Shown here: positions 1 through 10,430 of the stretch, piece by piece
How the letters are laid out: each line of letters starts with the position of its first letter
How positions within the stretch are numbered: the stretch's first letter is position 1
From: Acidobacteriota bacterium
Lineage (GTDB): Bacteria > Acidobacteriota > Vicinamibacteria > Vicinamibacterales > UBA2999
Assembly (NCBI GenBank): GCA_030650395.1
Contig: JAUSDY010000076.1
Span: 64,090 to 128,089, forward strand
Length of the DNA stretch: 64,000 nt
Direction of reading: 5' to 3'
Translations under genes and position numbers: made by a program
The notes under the pieces: generated by a model
What the model saw: only the letters and a program-made list of their open reading frames with translations
What the model was told of the DNA's origin: nothing
Databases searched by the model: none

Positions 1-996
1 TGTTGGACATCGTCGTGAAATCGCTCAGACGCGTGCCGACGGCAATCACGACGTCGGCCTCGCGCGCGAGCCGGTTGGCCGCCAGCGTTCCCGTGACGCC
101 TATCGCGCCCGCCGCCAGCGGGTGATCCCAGGGAATCGAGCTCTTCCCCGCCTGGGTCTCGCCGACCGCGATGCCTGTCGCTTCGGCGAAGCGGCGCAAG
201 GCATCGGCGGCCTCGCTGTAGAGCACGCCGCCGCCGGCGATGATGAGCGGGCTGCGGCTGGATCGAATCGCCTCAGCCGCGCGCGCGATCGCCTCGGCAT
301 CGCCACGCGGCCGCGCGATCGTCCACACGCGCTCGTCAAAGAACGCCTCCGGATAGTCGAACGCTTCAGTCTGGGTGTCTTGCGGTAATGCCAGCGTCAC
401 GGCGCCGGTCTCGGCAGGCGAGGTCAGTACGCGCATGGCTTCCGGCAGCGACGTCAGCAGCTGCTCGGGACGATTGATTCGGTCCCAGTACCGCGACACC
501 GGACGAAAGCAATCGTTCACCGAGATGTCCTGGCTCTGGCTCGATTCGAGCTGCTGCAACACCGGCGCGGGCACGCGGTTGGCGAAGATGTCGCCGGGCA
601 ACAGCAGCACCGGCAGCCGATTGATCGTCGCTCCGGCGGCAGCCGTGATCATGTTGGTGGCGCCGGGGCCGATCGACGTCGTGCAGGCGAGCGTCCGCAA
701 CCGGTTCGACATTTTCGCAAACGCGGCCGCCGTGTGGACCATCGCCTGTTCGTTGCGGCATTGGTAATAGCGCACCCGGTCGCTCATCTGATCGAGCGCC
801 TGGCCGACGCCGGCGACGTTGCCGTGGCCGAATATCCCGAACACGCCGGCGAAGAACCGCTGCCGGCGGCCATCGCGCTCGGTGGCCTGTGCGCTCAAGA
901 ACCGCACCAGCGCCTGCGCCATCGTCAGGCGCCTCCGTGGGGACAAACCTTTCTTGTCCGCCGAAGCGCCCCGCGCGAAGGCGGAAGGTTTGTCCA

Positions 997-1000
<4 letters not shown>
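1..1000 (-). CDS. iolD: IolD (3D-(3,5/4)-trihydroxycyclohexane-1,2-dione acylhydrolase), N-terminal part; gene runs off the left edge
   Basis: Not in the ORF track because there is no stop inside the window. My reverse translation from 1000 gives MMDKPSAFARGASADKKGLSPRRRLTMAQALVRFLSAQ...FAGVFGIFGHGNVAGVGQAL...ACTTSIGPGATNMITAAAGATINRLPVLLLPGD. This is a TPP-enzyme N-terminal domain with the RLTxAQAL/FGHGN pattern of IolD. The start forms an ATGA overlap with the tal stop (997-1000). The start is uncertain (alternative ATG at 922) because codons 1-26 are built from a REP-like hairpin. Confidence 0.8.
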
Positions 1001-2100
<1,100 letters not shown>

Positions 2101-2107
2101 ACACGGG

Positions 2108-2238
2108 GGTTCTACACAACGGTTCCAGACGAGGGTTCCAGACGAGGGTTCCAGACGAAGGTTCTGGCACGATGGTTCTCGGAACCTTCGTTTGGAACCC
2201 TCGGGAGGAACCCCTGTGGGGAACCCTCGTGAGGAACC
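2108..2238. repeat. intergenic palindromic array of GGTTCC / GGAACC words
   Basis: GGTTCCAGACGAG occurs 3 times in tandem (2121-2159). It is followed by the inverted arm GGAACCTTCGTTTGGAACCCTCGGGAGGAACCCCTGTGGGGAACCCTCGTGAGGAACC. CCAGACGAAGGTTC pairs with GAACCTTCGTTTGG with 1 mismatch. Confidence 0.6.
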
Positions 2239-2252
2239 GGCGTCAGATCTAC

Positions 2253-3152
2253 CTATAGGCCCAACGAGCGCAAGAACGCACGATTACGCAACGCACTCTC
2301 TTTCGGCGTGCCGTCGCCAGGGAACACATCCTGTTCCACGACGACCCACCCGTCGTATTGATGACGGGTCAGCACCGAGAACACGGCCGCAAAGTCCACC
2401 GCACCCGTTCCCAGCTCGCAGAACAACTGCGAGCGGACCGCGGCGAGGTAACCGAGTCCCTGCGCGCGCGCGTCGCGCGCCACGACGGGATCGCAATCCT
2501 TGAAGTGGACGTGCCACACGCGCTCGGCATGCTGTTCGAACACACCCACTGGATCGCCACCGCCGTACATGATGTGCCCGGTGTCGAGCACCAGGCCGAC
2601 GAGCGATCGATCGGTGCGGCCCATCAGCTGATCGATCTCGTGCGGCGTCTCCACGTAGCCGCCACAGTGAGGATGAAATACCGTCCGCAAGCCGGTCTCA
2701 TCACGGACCGCGCGTGCCACCCGGTCCGCACCCGCCGCGAGCGTGGCCCACGCCGGCTCCTGCAGGCCGTGCTCGGCGGTGATGCGGCCGGCATGCCGCT
2801 CGCGCTCGGGCACGCGCGCGTTGTCATCCGACAGCACGATGAACGCGCCGCTCGCTCCGGCATCGTGCATCAGCCGCGCAGTCCGCACCGCGGTCGTCAC
2901 GCCCTCGTCTTGCGCGGCCGCGTTGGCGAGCGCCACCGGCACGAAGGCGCCCACCAGCTGCAGCTCTCGCGCCGCCAGTTCCGCGCCGAGCCGGGTGGGG
3001 TCGGTCGGCATGAAGCCCCAGTCGCCCAGCTCCGTTCCGGCGTATCCGGTTTGTGTGATCTCGTCGAGCACCGTTCCGTACGGCGCGGCGATGGACTGAC
3101 TGTCGAATTCCAGAATTCCCCAGGAGCACGGAGCGTTAGCGACGCGAATCAC
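2253..3152 (-). CDS. iolE: inosose dehydratase IolE-like (xylose-isomerase-like TIM barrel)
   Basis: 299 aa. The motifs LVLDTGHIMYGGGD, RVWHVHFKD, GTGAVDF and YDGWVVVEQD match the IolE pattern recalled from B. subtilis. It lies in iol context. Confidence 0.7.
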   Translation of the reverse strand: MIRVANAPCSWGILEFDSQSIAAPYGTVLDEITQTGYAGTELGDWGFMPTDPTRLGAELAARELQLVGAFVPVALANAAAQDEGVTTAVRTARLMHDAGASGAFIVLSDDNARVPERERHAGRITAEHGLQEPAWATLAAGADRVARAVRDETGLRTVFHPHCGGYVETPHEIDQLMGRTDRSLVGLVLDTGHIMYGGGDPVGVFEQHAERVWHVHFKDCDPVVARDARAQGLGYLAAVRSQLFCELGTGAVDFAAVFSVLTRHQYDGWVVVEQDVFPGDGTPKESALRNRAFLRSLGL

Positions 3153-3158
3153 AGGCGA

Positions 3159-4103
3159 ATGATACTATCCGCTCGCTTGGCGCCTCGAGTGTTGTTCCGA
3201 TCGTCGCCGCCTTCGCCGGGCCGTACGGGTACGACAGTGGAGATCACCCGCGCACGTGCCGGCTGGCGCTACGTGCACTTCGCGGTGCGGCAGATCGTTC
3301 CCGGCAAAACGTGGGTGCACGACACGGGCGCTGAAGAGTGCTGCCTGGTGCTGCTCGCGGGACTGTGCCGGGTTTCGTACAGGCACCCCATCAAGGGGCG
3401 CCCTACTAACACGGGGAGCGACGCGCCGGAGATCACCACCACGCTCGGTCCGCGCCGCAGCGTCTTTGCCGATTACCCGCACGCGCTCTATCTGCCGCCG
3501 CGGACATCATTTCGCGTGCAAGCCGACGTCGCCACCGAGCTCGCCGATGGGCGGGCGCCGTCGCGACAGCGTCTTCCACCCCAGCGCGGCTGCCGCGCCG
3601 GGGGCCCGGCTGAACCACGACACATCCGTCCGGAAGACTGCGGATTCGAAATTCGCGGCGGCGGCAACGCGACGCGGCAGATCGTCGATATCATGCCGCC
3701 GGCGTTCGCCGCCGATCGCCTGCTGGTCTGCGAGGTTTTCACGCCGGGCGGCAACTGGTCGAGCTATCCTCCGCACAAGCACGATCAGGATCGTCCGCCG
3801 GCCGAAGTGAAGCTCGAGGAAATCTATTACTACCGCTTCGAGCATCCTGATGCGTACGGGTTCCAGCGGCTTTATGATGGCCGCACCGATCGCACCGTCA
3901 CGGTCGGTCATGGCGATGTTGTAACGGTGAGATCCGGTTATCACCCGTTTGTCACGGCGTACGGATATAACGCTTACTACCTGAACGTCCTGGCCGGCAC
4001 GCGCCGCTCGATGGCGGCCAGCGACGATCCTCGTTATGCCGCGTTTCGGGCCTGGCCGCCGCCCGATCCGCGGGTGCCAATGCTGGCGCGGCCACTGAAG
4101 TAA
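3159..4103 (+). CDS. iolB: 5-deoxy-glucuronate isomerase IolB
   Basis: This is the C-terminal 314 codons of the 581-aa track ORF. Motifs are PPHKHDQD...EEIYYYRF...FQRLYD...TVGHGDVVTVRSGYHPFV...GYNAYYLNVLAG. The upstream 267 codons are antisense to iolE. The ATG at 3159 is in frame; GTG at 3237 is an alternative start. Confidence 0.85.
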   Translation: MILSARLAPRVLFRSSPPSPGRTGTTVEITRARAGWRYVHFAVRQIVPGKTWVHDTGAEECCLVLLAGLCRVSYRHPIKGRPTNTGSDAPEITTTLGPRRSVFADYPHALYLPPRTSFRVQADVATELADGRAPSRQRLPPQRGCRAGGPAEPRHIRPEDCGFEIRGGGNATRQIVDIMPPAFAADRLLVCEVFTPGGNWSSYPPHKHDQDRPPAEVKLEEIYYYRFEHPDAYGFQRLYDGRTDRTVTVGHGDVVTVRSGYHPFVTAYGYNAYYLNVLAGTRRSMAASDDPRYAAFRAWPPPDPRVPMLARPLK

Positions 4104-4144
4104 TGTGGTGTCCGGCTGGACCCGGACCCTTACAGGAGGAAGTA

Positions 4145-7100
4145 ATGTCACGATTCATTCAGCGTGCGGGCACGATGGTTGCGCTGCTGCTGGTCTCTGC
4201 CGCCACCACTTTCGCGCAGGTCGACCGCGCCACCCTCACCGGCGTCGTCCGCGATTCGTCGGACGCCGTGCTGGCGAAGGCGAAGGTCACCGTCACGAGC
4301 CTCGCGACCGGCGCCGCGGCGACGGTGAACACGACCGACACCGGCACCTTCCTCGTGATCAACCTGGCGCCCGGCGAGTACCTGGTGCAAGCCGAGGCCA
4401 CCGGCTTTCAGCGCTTCGAGCAGACCGTCAGGCTCGAGACCGGCGCGCGCTCGCGCCTCGACCTGTCGCTGGCGGTCGGGTCGATTGGCGAGACGGTGAA
4501 GGTCGAGGGCATTACTCCTCTGCTCAGCAGCGAATCGGCCGTGCTCGGCACCGTCGTCGATCGCAACGAAGTCGACAAGCTGCCGCTCGCCATCCGCAAC
4601 TGGGACGACCTGCTCGCGATGGTGCCCGGCGTGCAGAGCGACCGCTACACCGAACAGTCGGGCGGCACCTCAGCCGGCCGCACCGGCGGCGTCAGCGTGC
4701 ACGGCAATCGCAGCCTGCAGAACAACTTCCTGCTTGACGGCGTCGCCAACAACAGCTTCTCGACCAACGTGCAGGAGCTGACGACGCAGATTTCGCGTCC
4801 TTCGGTGGATGCGATCGATGAGTTCAAGGTGGTCACGAGCCCTTACGCGGCCGAGTACGGATGGTCGCCGGGCGCAGCCATCATCGTGAACACGAAGTCC
4901 GGCGCCAATACCTTCCGCGGCACCGCCTACGACTTCTATCGCGACGACAGCTTCGACTCGACCAACTACTTTGCCAAGGCCGCCAACCAGCCCAAGCCGA
5001 CCAACAAGCAGAACCAGTTCGGCGGCAACCTCGGCGGCCCGGTGATGAAGAATCGCGCCTTCTTCTTTGCGGACTACGAGGGCACCCGCATCAAGCAGGG
5101 CGTGCTGCGAACCGGCAATGTGATGACGGCCGCCCAGCGCAGCGGCGTCTTCACCGGCGCCATCCGCGATCCGCTGACGCAGCAACCCTTCCCGAACAAC
5201 ACCATTCCGACCAACCGGATCGATCCGGTCGCGGCTGCAGTCATGGCGCTCGTCCCGCTGCCCAACACCACCGGTCCGAACAACTTCATCAGGCAGCCGA
5301 ACGTCGAAGACGAGTCGGATCGCTTCCTTGGCCGCGTCGACCTCCCGCTCGGCGGCGGCGGTCACTTCTTCGCCCGCTACATCGGCAGCGATCGCCTCCG
5401 CTTCGTGCCCGGCTGGTTCGGCGGCATCCTCGACGGCACCTCAACCTCTGCATGGGGCCGCAACTTCCTGAAGTCGCACGCGGCGGTCGCGGGCTGGACC
5501 AAGGTACTCGGCTCGAACCTGATGAACGAGGCGCGCTTCTCCTACGCCCGCGGCACCAACGACGGCCAGCAGGATCCGTTCGGCGAGAGCGGCATGGCGC
5601 AGATCGGCTTCCGCGGCGTGCCCGACGATCCCCGCGTTGCCGGCGGCATTGTGGGGATCGACATCGACGGCCACATCCGCCTCGGCTCGCCCAACTTCAT
5701 GCCGAAGTTCCAGCACACCAGCCAGTACCAGTGGCTCAACACGCTGACCTGGCTCAAGGGCAGGCATCAGTGGAAGTTCGGCACCGACATCATGATGCCG
5801 ATGACCAACGAGTACTACGACGTCGCGCCAACGCGCGGCAACCTGCGCTTCCAGAACACGTTCACCGGCCACGCCTTCGCCGACTTCCTGTTGGGCTATG
5901 CCAACCGCGCCGAGCTGACCAACGTCTTCGTGGTCACGCAGCAGCTGTGGTCGACCTCGTTCTACCTGCAGGACGACTGGAAAGCGAGCGACAAGCTGAC
6001 CCTGAACCTCGGCCTGCGTTACGACTACATGCCGCCGGCCACTGAAAAGGACAACCGGCTGGCCAACTTCGATCCCACCGCCAACGGCGGCGCCGGCGGG
6101 CTGATCTTCGCCAAGGATGGATCGATCGCCGATCGCGCGCTGGTGAACGCCGACAAGAACAACTTCGCGCCCCGGCTCGGCGCGATCTACCGCTTCAACG
6201 ACAAGACGCTCGTGCGCGGCGGCTACGGCGTGTTTTACAACCAGTTCGATCGCATCGGCTCGGAGGATCAGCTGGCGCTGAACCCGCCCGGGCTGCGCAA
6301 CATCCAGGTCAACTCGGCATCAGGCGCCACCACGCCGATCCTCCTTCTGCGCGAAGGGTTCCCGGCCAACTATCTCGATCCGTCGAACCTGGTCATTCGC
6401 AACCTGAAGCTGCGCGCCGCCGTCCAGGACGCGCCGCGCACGCAAGTGCAGCAGTTCGGCGCCGGCATCGAGCGGCAGATTGGCGCCAACTTCGTGGCGT
6501 CGGCCGACGCGGTCGGGTCGTTCACCAAGCACCTCGCGGTGTTGCGCAACCTGAACCAGCCGCTGCGCGGCACGCTCGACGCCAACGGCGCGGTGCCGTT
6601 CCCGAACTTCGGCAACATCCAGACCCGCGAGATGAACGGCGAAGCCAACTACAAGGGCGTCGACCTGTCGCTCGAAAAGCGGATGAGCAGCGGCTACAGC
6701 TATCGCGCGTCGTACACGATCGGCGAAGCGCGCGACCAGGCGCCCGAACACCTCAACGCCTCGTCGGGCCGCGCGCAGAACACCCGCGATCTCGATTCGT
6801 GGGAAGGGCCGAGCGACATGGACGTCCGCCATCGCCTCGCCGCCAACTTCATCGTCGAGTTGCCGTTTGGTCCGGGCAAGCCGCTGTTGTCGGACGGCGT
6901 GGGTGGGCAGATCTTCGGCGGCTGGCTGGTCAGCGGCATCTACAGCGCGCGCTCGGGCCGCGCGTTCACCGTCACCCAGACCGGCAACAATGTCGGCGCG
7001 GATCAGACCGGCTTGCCCAACCTCACGGGCGACCCGAAGGGTGCCGAGACCGTGGCGCAATGGTTCAACCCGGCGGCGTTCACGGCGGTGCCGTCCGGTG

Positions 7101-7348
7101 CGTTCGGCAACGCGGGCCGCAACATCCTGCGCGGGCCAGGCTGGGTGACGTTCGATCTGAGCATTCAGCGCCGCTTCGAGATCGCGAGAGCGAATGCGAC
7201 GCTGCGCGCCGACATCTTCAATGTGTTCGATCGCGCCAACTTCGGGTTGCCGGCCGCGAACATCTCGGCGCCCGCCACCGTCGGTGTGATTTCGTCGCTG
7301 GCGGGCGACCCGCGCGTGATGCAGATCTCGATTCGAGTGGGGTTCTAA
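4145..7348 (+). CDS. TonB-dependent receptor-like outer-membrane protein with N-terminal CarboxypepD_reg domain
   Basis: AGGAGGA lies 5 nt upstream of ATG 4145. Signal peptide MSRFIQRAGTMVALLLVSAATTFAQ is followed by LTGVVRDSSDAVL...PGEYLV (carboxypeptidase-regulatory fold). A plug region and long barrel follow, and the protein ends ...ISIRVGF. Confidence 0.85.
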   Translation: MSRFIQRAGTMVALLLVSAATTFAQVDRATLTGVVRDSSDAVLAKAKVTVTSLATGAAATVNTTDTGTFLVINLAPGEYLVQAEATGFQRFEQTVRLETGARSRLDLSLAVGSIGETVKVEGITPLLSSESAVLGTVVDRNEVDKLPLAIRNWDDLLAMVPGVQSDRYTEQSGGTSAGRTGGVSVHGNRSLQNNFLLDGVANNSFSTNVQELTTQISRPSVDAIDEFKVVTSPYAAEYGWSPGAAIIVNTKSGANTFRGTAYDFYRDDSFDSTNYFAKAANQPKPTNKQNQFGGNLGGPVMKNRAFFFADYEGTRIKQGVLRTGNVMTAAQRSGVFTGAIRDPLTQQPFPNNTIPTNRIDPVAAAVMALVPLPNTTGPNNFIRQPNVEDESDRFLGRVDLPLGGGGHFFARYIGSDRLRFVPGWFGGILDGTSTSAWGRNFLKSHAAVAGWTKVLGSNLMNEARFSYARGTNDGQQDPFGESGMAQIGFRGVPDDPRVAGGIVGIDIDGHIRLGSPNFMPKFQHTSQYQWLNTLTWLKGRHQWKFGTDIMMPMTNEYYDVAPTRGNLRFQNTFTGHAFADFLLGYANRAELTNVFVVTQQLWSTSFYLQDDWKASDKLTLNLGLRYDYMPPATEKDNRLANFDPTANGGAGGLIFAKDGSIADRALVNADKNNFAPRLGAIYRFNDKTLVRGGYGVFYNQFDRIGSEDQLALNPPGLRNIQVNSASGATTPILLLREGFPANYLDPSNLVIRNLKLRAAVQDAPRTQVQQFGAGIERQIGANFVASADAVGSFTKHLAVLRNLNQPLRGTLDANGAVPFPNFGNIQTREMNGEANYKGVDLSLEKRMSSGYSYRASYTIGEARDQAPEHLNASSGRAQNTRDLDSWEGPSDMDVRHRLAANFIVELPFGPGKPLLSDGVGGQIFGGWLVSGIYSARSGRAFTVTQTGNNVGADQTGLPNLTGDPKGAETVAQWFNPAAFTAVPSGAFGNAGRNILRGPGWVTFDLSIQRRFEIARANATLRADIFNVFDRANFGLPAANISAPATVGVISSLAGDPRVMQISIRVGF

Positions 7349-7354
7349 ATGCAC

Positions 7355-7530
7355 GTAGGGCACCTCTTTTGTTGAAATAACGAAGAACCAATTACGAATA
7401 AAGAAACGTTCGTTATTCTGAATTGGTTCTTCGTTATTCGAGAGAAGGGTGCCCTACAATCTCGAATAACGAAGAACCAATTACGAATAAGGAAACGTTC
7501 GTTATTCTGAATTGGTTATTCGTTATTCGA
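7355..7530. repeat. two tandem ~66-bp AT-rich near-perfect hairpins flanked by inverted GTAGGGCACC heads
   Basis: The units at 7377-7440 and 7463-7530 both read CGAATAACGAAGAACCAATTACGAATAA..TTCGTTATTCTGAATTGGTT(C/A)TTCGTTATTCG. GTAGGGCACC at 7355-7364 is the inverse of GGTGCCCTAC at 7449-7458. Confidence 0.7.
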
Positions 7531-7538
7531 ATCCCACC

Positions 7539-9026
7539 ATGACCCCCGTCCTCGAAATGCACGGCATCCGGAAGGCCTTTCCCGGCGTCGTGGCGCTCGA
7601 CGGCGTGGATCTCACGCTGCACCGCGGCGAAGTGCACATGCTGCTCGGCGAGAACGGCGCGGGCAAGTCCACCCTGATGAAGATCCTGAGCGGCGCGTAC
7701 CGCAAGGACCAGGGTCGCATCGTCGTCGACGGCAAGGACGTCGAGATTCAAAGCCCGCGCGATGCGCTCGCGCTCGGCATTCGCGTCATTTATCAGGAGC
7801 TCAATCTCATCCCCCACTTGTCGGTGGCGGAGAACATTTTTCTCGGTGCGGCGCCTACTCACAGGTTTGGCGTCATCGACTGGCGGCGGCTATCAGCGGC
7901 GACATCGCAACTGCTGACCGATCTCGGCATGAACCTCTCGCCCGACACGCCGCTGGGTCAATTGAGCCTGGCGCAACGGCAGATGGTCGAGATCGCGAAG
8001 GCGCTGAAGGGTCAAGCGTCGATCCTCGTGATGGACGAGCCGACCTCTGCGCTGACCTCGCGCGAAGTCGATCAGCTCTTCGCATTGATCGCGCGGTTGA
8101 CGGAACGCGGCGTCGCCATTGTTTACATCACGCACCGGCTCGACGAGGTCTATCGAATCGGGCAGCGGGTCTCGGTGCTCCGCGACGGACGACGGGTCAC
8201 GACCCAGCCGCTGTCGGATGTGACGGTCGCCGAGCTCGTGCGATTGATGGCCAACCGCGAGGTCGGCGATCACTTTCCGAAGCAGCGCACGACGCCGGGC
8301 AAGGAGCTGCTGCGGGTCGAGGGGCTCGGTCGCCGCGGCGCGCTGAGCGACATCAGCTTCTGCCTCCGCGCCGGCGAAGTCGTCGGCATCGCGGGCCTGC
8401 TCGGCGCCGGCCGCAGCGAGCTGGCGCGCGTGATCGCGGGCGCCGATCGATCGGACAGCGGAACTATCCAGTGCGATGGGCAGGCCACGAACTTCCGCAC
8501 GCCCGCCGACGCCATTCGGAGGGGCATCGGTCTGCTGCCGGAAGATCGCAAGGCCGAGGGCCTCGTCGCCGGCCTGACCGTCGCGCGAAACACGGCGCTG
8601 CCCCACGGCCGGCGGCTGGCGCGCTCCGGTTTTCTGCCCCGCGGATGCGAGGAGCGCCTGGCCGAGCCGATCGTGAAGGACTTGCGCGTGAAGGCGACGC
8701 CGACGCAGGAAGTGAGGCTGTTGAGTGGCGGCAATCAGCAGAAGGTCGTGCTCGGCAAATGGCTGGCCGGCGATGCGCACATCTTCATCTTCGACGAGCC
8801 GACGCGCGGCGTCGACGTTGGCGCGAAGATCGAGATCTACAACCTGATGAATCGCCTGACGGCATCGGGCGCCGGCATCATCATGATCTCGTCGGAGCTG
8901 CCAGAGCTGCTCGGCATGAGCGATCGCATTCTCGTGATGTGCCGCGGCCGCATCCGCGCGGAATTCAGCGCCGCCGACGCCACGCAGGAGCGTGTTCTCA
9001 GCGCCGCCCTGGGGTTGGCGTCATGA
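7539..9026 (+). CDS. sugar (probably inositol/ribose-type) ABC transporter ATP-binding protein with duplicated ABC domains
   Basis: Walker A motifs are GENGAGKST and GLLGAGRSE. The signature motif is LSGGNQQKV, and Walker B-like motifs are ILVMDEPT / IFIFDEPT. ATG 7539 is preferred over the 7512 track start, which lies inside the hairpin repeat. Confidence 0.9.
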   Translation: MTPVLEMHGIRKAFPGVVALDGVDLTLHRGEVHMLLGENGAGKSTLMKILSGAYRKDQGRIVVDGKDVEIQSPRDALALGIRVIYQELNLIPHLSVAENIFLGAAPTHRFGVIDWRRLSAATSQLLTDLGMNLSPDTPLGQLSLAQRQMVEIAKALKGQASILVMDEPTSALTSREVDQLFALIARLTERGVAIVYITHRLDEVYRIGQRVSVLRDGRRVTTQPLSDVTVAELVRLMANREVGDHFPKQRTTPGKELLRVEGLGRRGALSDISFCLRAGEVVGIAGLLGAGRSELARVIAGADRSDSGTIQCDGQATNFRTPADAIRRGIGLLPEDRKAEGLVAGLTVARNTALPHGRRLARSGFLPRGCEERLAEPIVKDLRVKATPTQEVRLLSGGNQQKVVLGKWLAGDAHIFIFDEPTRGVDVGAKIEIYNLMNRLTASGAGIIMISSELPELLGMSDRILVMCRGRIRAEFSAADATQERVLSAALGLAS

Positions 9027-9946
9027 GAGCCCGCCGCTTTGGCACCGTCATCGGCTTGGGCGTCCTGTGCGCCGTCCTGTGGGCGCTGACGCCGCACTTC
9101 CTCACGGTCTCGAATCTGCTCAACGTCGCCCAGCAGACCAGCATCAACGCCATCGTCGCCGTCGGCATGACCTTCGTGATTGTTTCCGGCGGCATCGATT
9201 TATCAGTTGGATCGATCGTGGCCCTCTCGGGTGTCGTGCTCGGGGCATTGTTGCAGGGCGGGCAGCCACTTGCCGTCGCGCTGGCCGCGGCGCTGGCCGT
9301 CGGACTCGGGTGCGGGCTCCTCAACGGCGCGCTGGTGAGCGTGGGCGGGCTGCCGCCGTTCATCGCGACGCTGGGCATGATGAGCGTGGCGCGCGGCGCC
9401 GCACTCGTGTTTACCGAAGGACGGCCGGTGTCGGGCTTCGATGAAGGATTCCGGTCGCTTGCGACCGGGGCGATCGGCTTCGTCCCCGCTCCCGTCGTCG
9501 TGATGATCGGGGTGTATATGGCGGCGCACGTCGTCCTGACGCGCACCACCTTCGGGCGCTACGTTTATGCGATCGGCGGCAATGAAGAGGCCACCCGGCT
9601 CTCCGGCGTCGCCGTGCGCTTCCACAAGACGGCGATCTACGGCGTCTCCGGCGTGATGAGCGCGATCGCCGCCATCGTGCTGACGGCACGGCTCAATTCG
9701 GCGCAGCCGATCGCCGGCACCATGTACGAGCTTGATGCGATTGCCGCCACCGTGATTGGCGGCACCAGCCTGATGGGCGGCGAGGGCACGCTCGCCGGCA
9801 CGCTCGTCGGCGCGCTGATCATGGGCGTGCTGCGTAACGGCCTCAACCTGCTTGGTGTATCGTCTTTCCTCCAGCAGATCGTGATTGGCGGCGTGATCGT
9901 GGGCGCCGTGCTGGTGGACACGGTCCTCAAACGTCACCGGGTGTGA
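9023..9946 (+). CDS. sugar ABC transporter permease (RbsC/AraH type)
   Basis: The start forms an ATGA overlap with the ATPase stop. The sequence is MRARRFGTVIGLGVLCAVLWALTP...VSGGIDLSVGS..., with multiple TM segments. The 491-aa track ORF is an upstream out-of-gene extension. Confidence 0.9.
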   Translation: MRARRFGTVIGLGVLCAVLWALTPHFLTVSNLLNVAQQTSINAIVAVGMTFVIVSGGIDLSVGSIVALSGVVLGALLQGGQPLAVALAAALAVGLGCGLLNGALVSVGGLPPFIATLGMMSVARGAALVFTEGRPVSGFDEGFRSLATGAIGFVPAPVVVMIGVYMAAHVVLTRTTFGRYVYAIGGNEEATRLSGVAVRFHKTAIYGVSGVMSAIAAIVLTARLNSAQPIAGTMYELDAIAATVIGGTSLMGGEGTLAGTLVGALIMGVLRNGLNLLGVSSFLQQIVIGGVIVGAVLVDTVLKRHRV

Positions 9947-10430
9947 AGGCCAGCCGCAGACCTGTCCGCCGAAACGCGTCGCGCGAAGGTGGATGACACG
10001 AATTGGAGATCATTCCGTTCGCGGCTTGAGGCCGCGGGCAGACAAGGGCTCGTCGGCCGTGCATCCTCGGTCGTGGGGCGTCCGCAGCCCAGTCGATCGG
10101 CCGTGAGAGGAGTCCGGCGACGTATTAGCCCGCGACGCTCGCGCGTATCCACGTTGGGCGCTCTCGACCGCCTTTCGGCGGTAACGCTCATGCGCTTAAC
10201 AGTTGCCTGGCATGCGGCGGCTGCACTCGGCTTCGCGGATACACGCGAGACGCACGAGTATTCGCCCAGCTCGCGGGCCAACGCGGCACCGCCGGCGCGC
10301 GTTATTGGCGTGCTATCATCCCGGCCTCGTTGCACATGCGAGTGATGAGAACGGTGGGCACCTGTCCGTAGTAGGCCGCGAGTGGTGTGTTCCGGTCTAC
10401 TCCATAGACTGTTAGGCAACAACAACCTTC

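Noticed and set aside
2358-4103. 581-aa ORF as a single gene
   Set aside because: Only the last 314 codons show IolB motifs. The first 267 codons are antisense to iolE and are Arg/His-rich, a typical open-frame artefact of high G+C.
8471-9946. 491-aa ORF as the permease gene
   Set aside because: The N-terminal ~184 codons overlap the ATPase gene out of frame and are Arg-rich junk. A real start with ATGA coupling lies at 9023. The same reasoning applies to the track ORFs starting at 16997, 38152 and 47373.
10152-10305. Additional attC sites (GTTGGGC at 10152, GCTTAAC at 10194, GTTATTG at 10299)
   Set aside because: Core-like heptamers are present, but the order and spacing are wrong and the intervening sequence does not form the paired L/R arms. 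This is too weak to call.
9934-10425. 163-aa minus-strand ORF in the spacer left of the cassette array
   Set aside because: It has Arg/Ala/Ser-rich low-complexity sequence with no motif and no RBS. I also looked for an intI (tyrosine recombinase) remnant in all three minus frames and saw no R..HxxR..Y-type motifs. I treat the region as non-coding or decayed cassette DNA.
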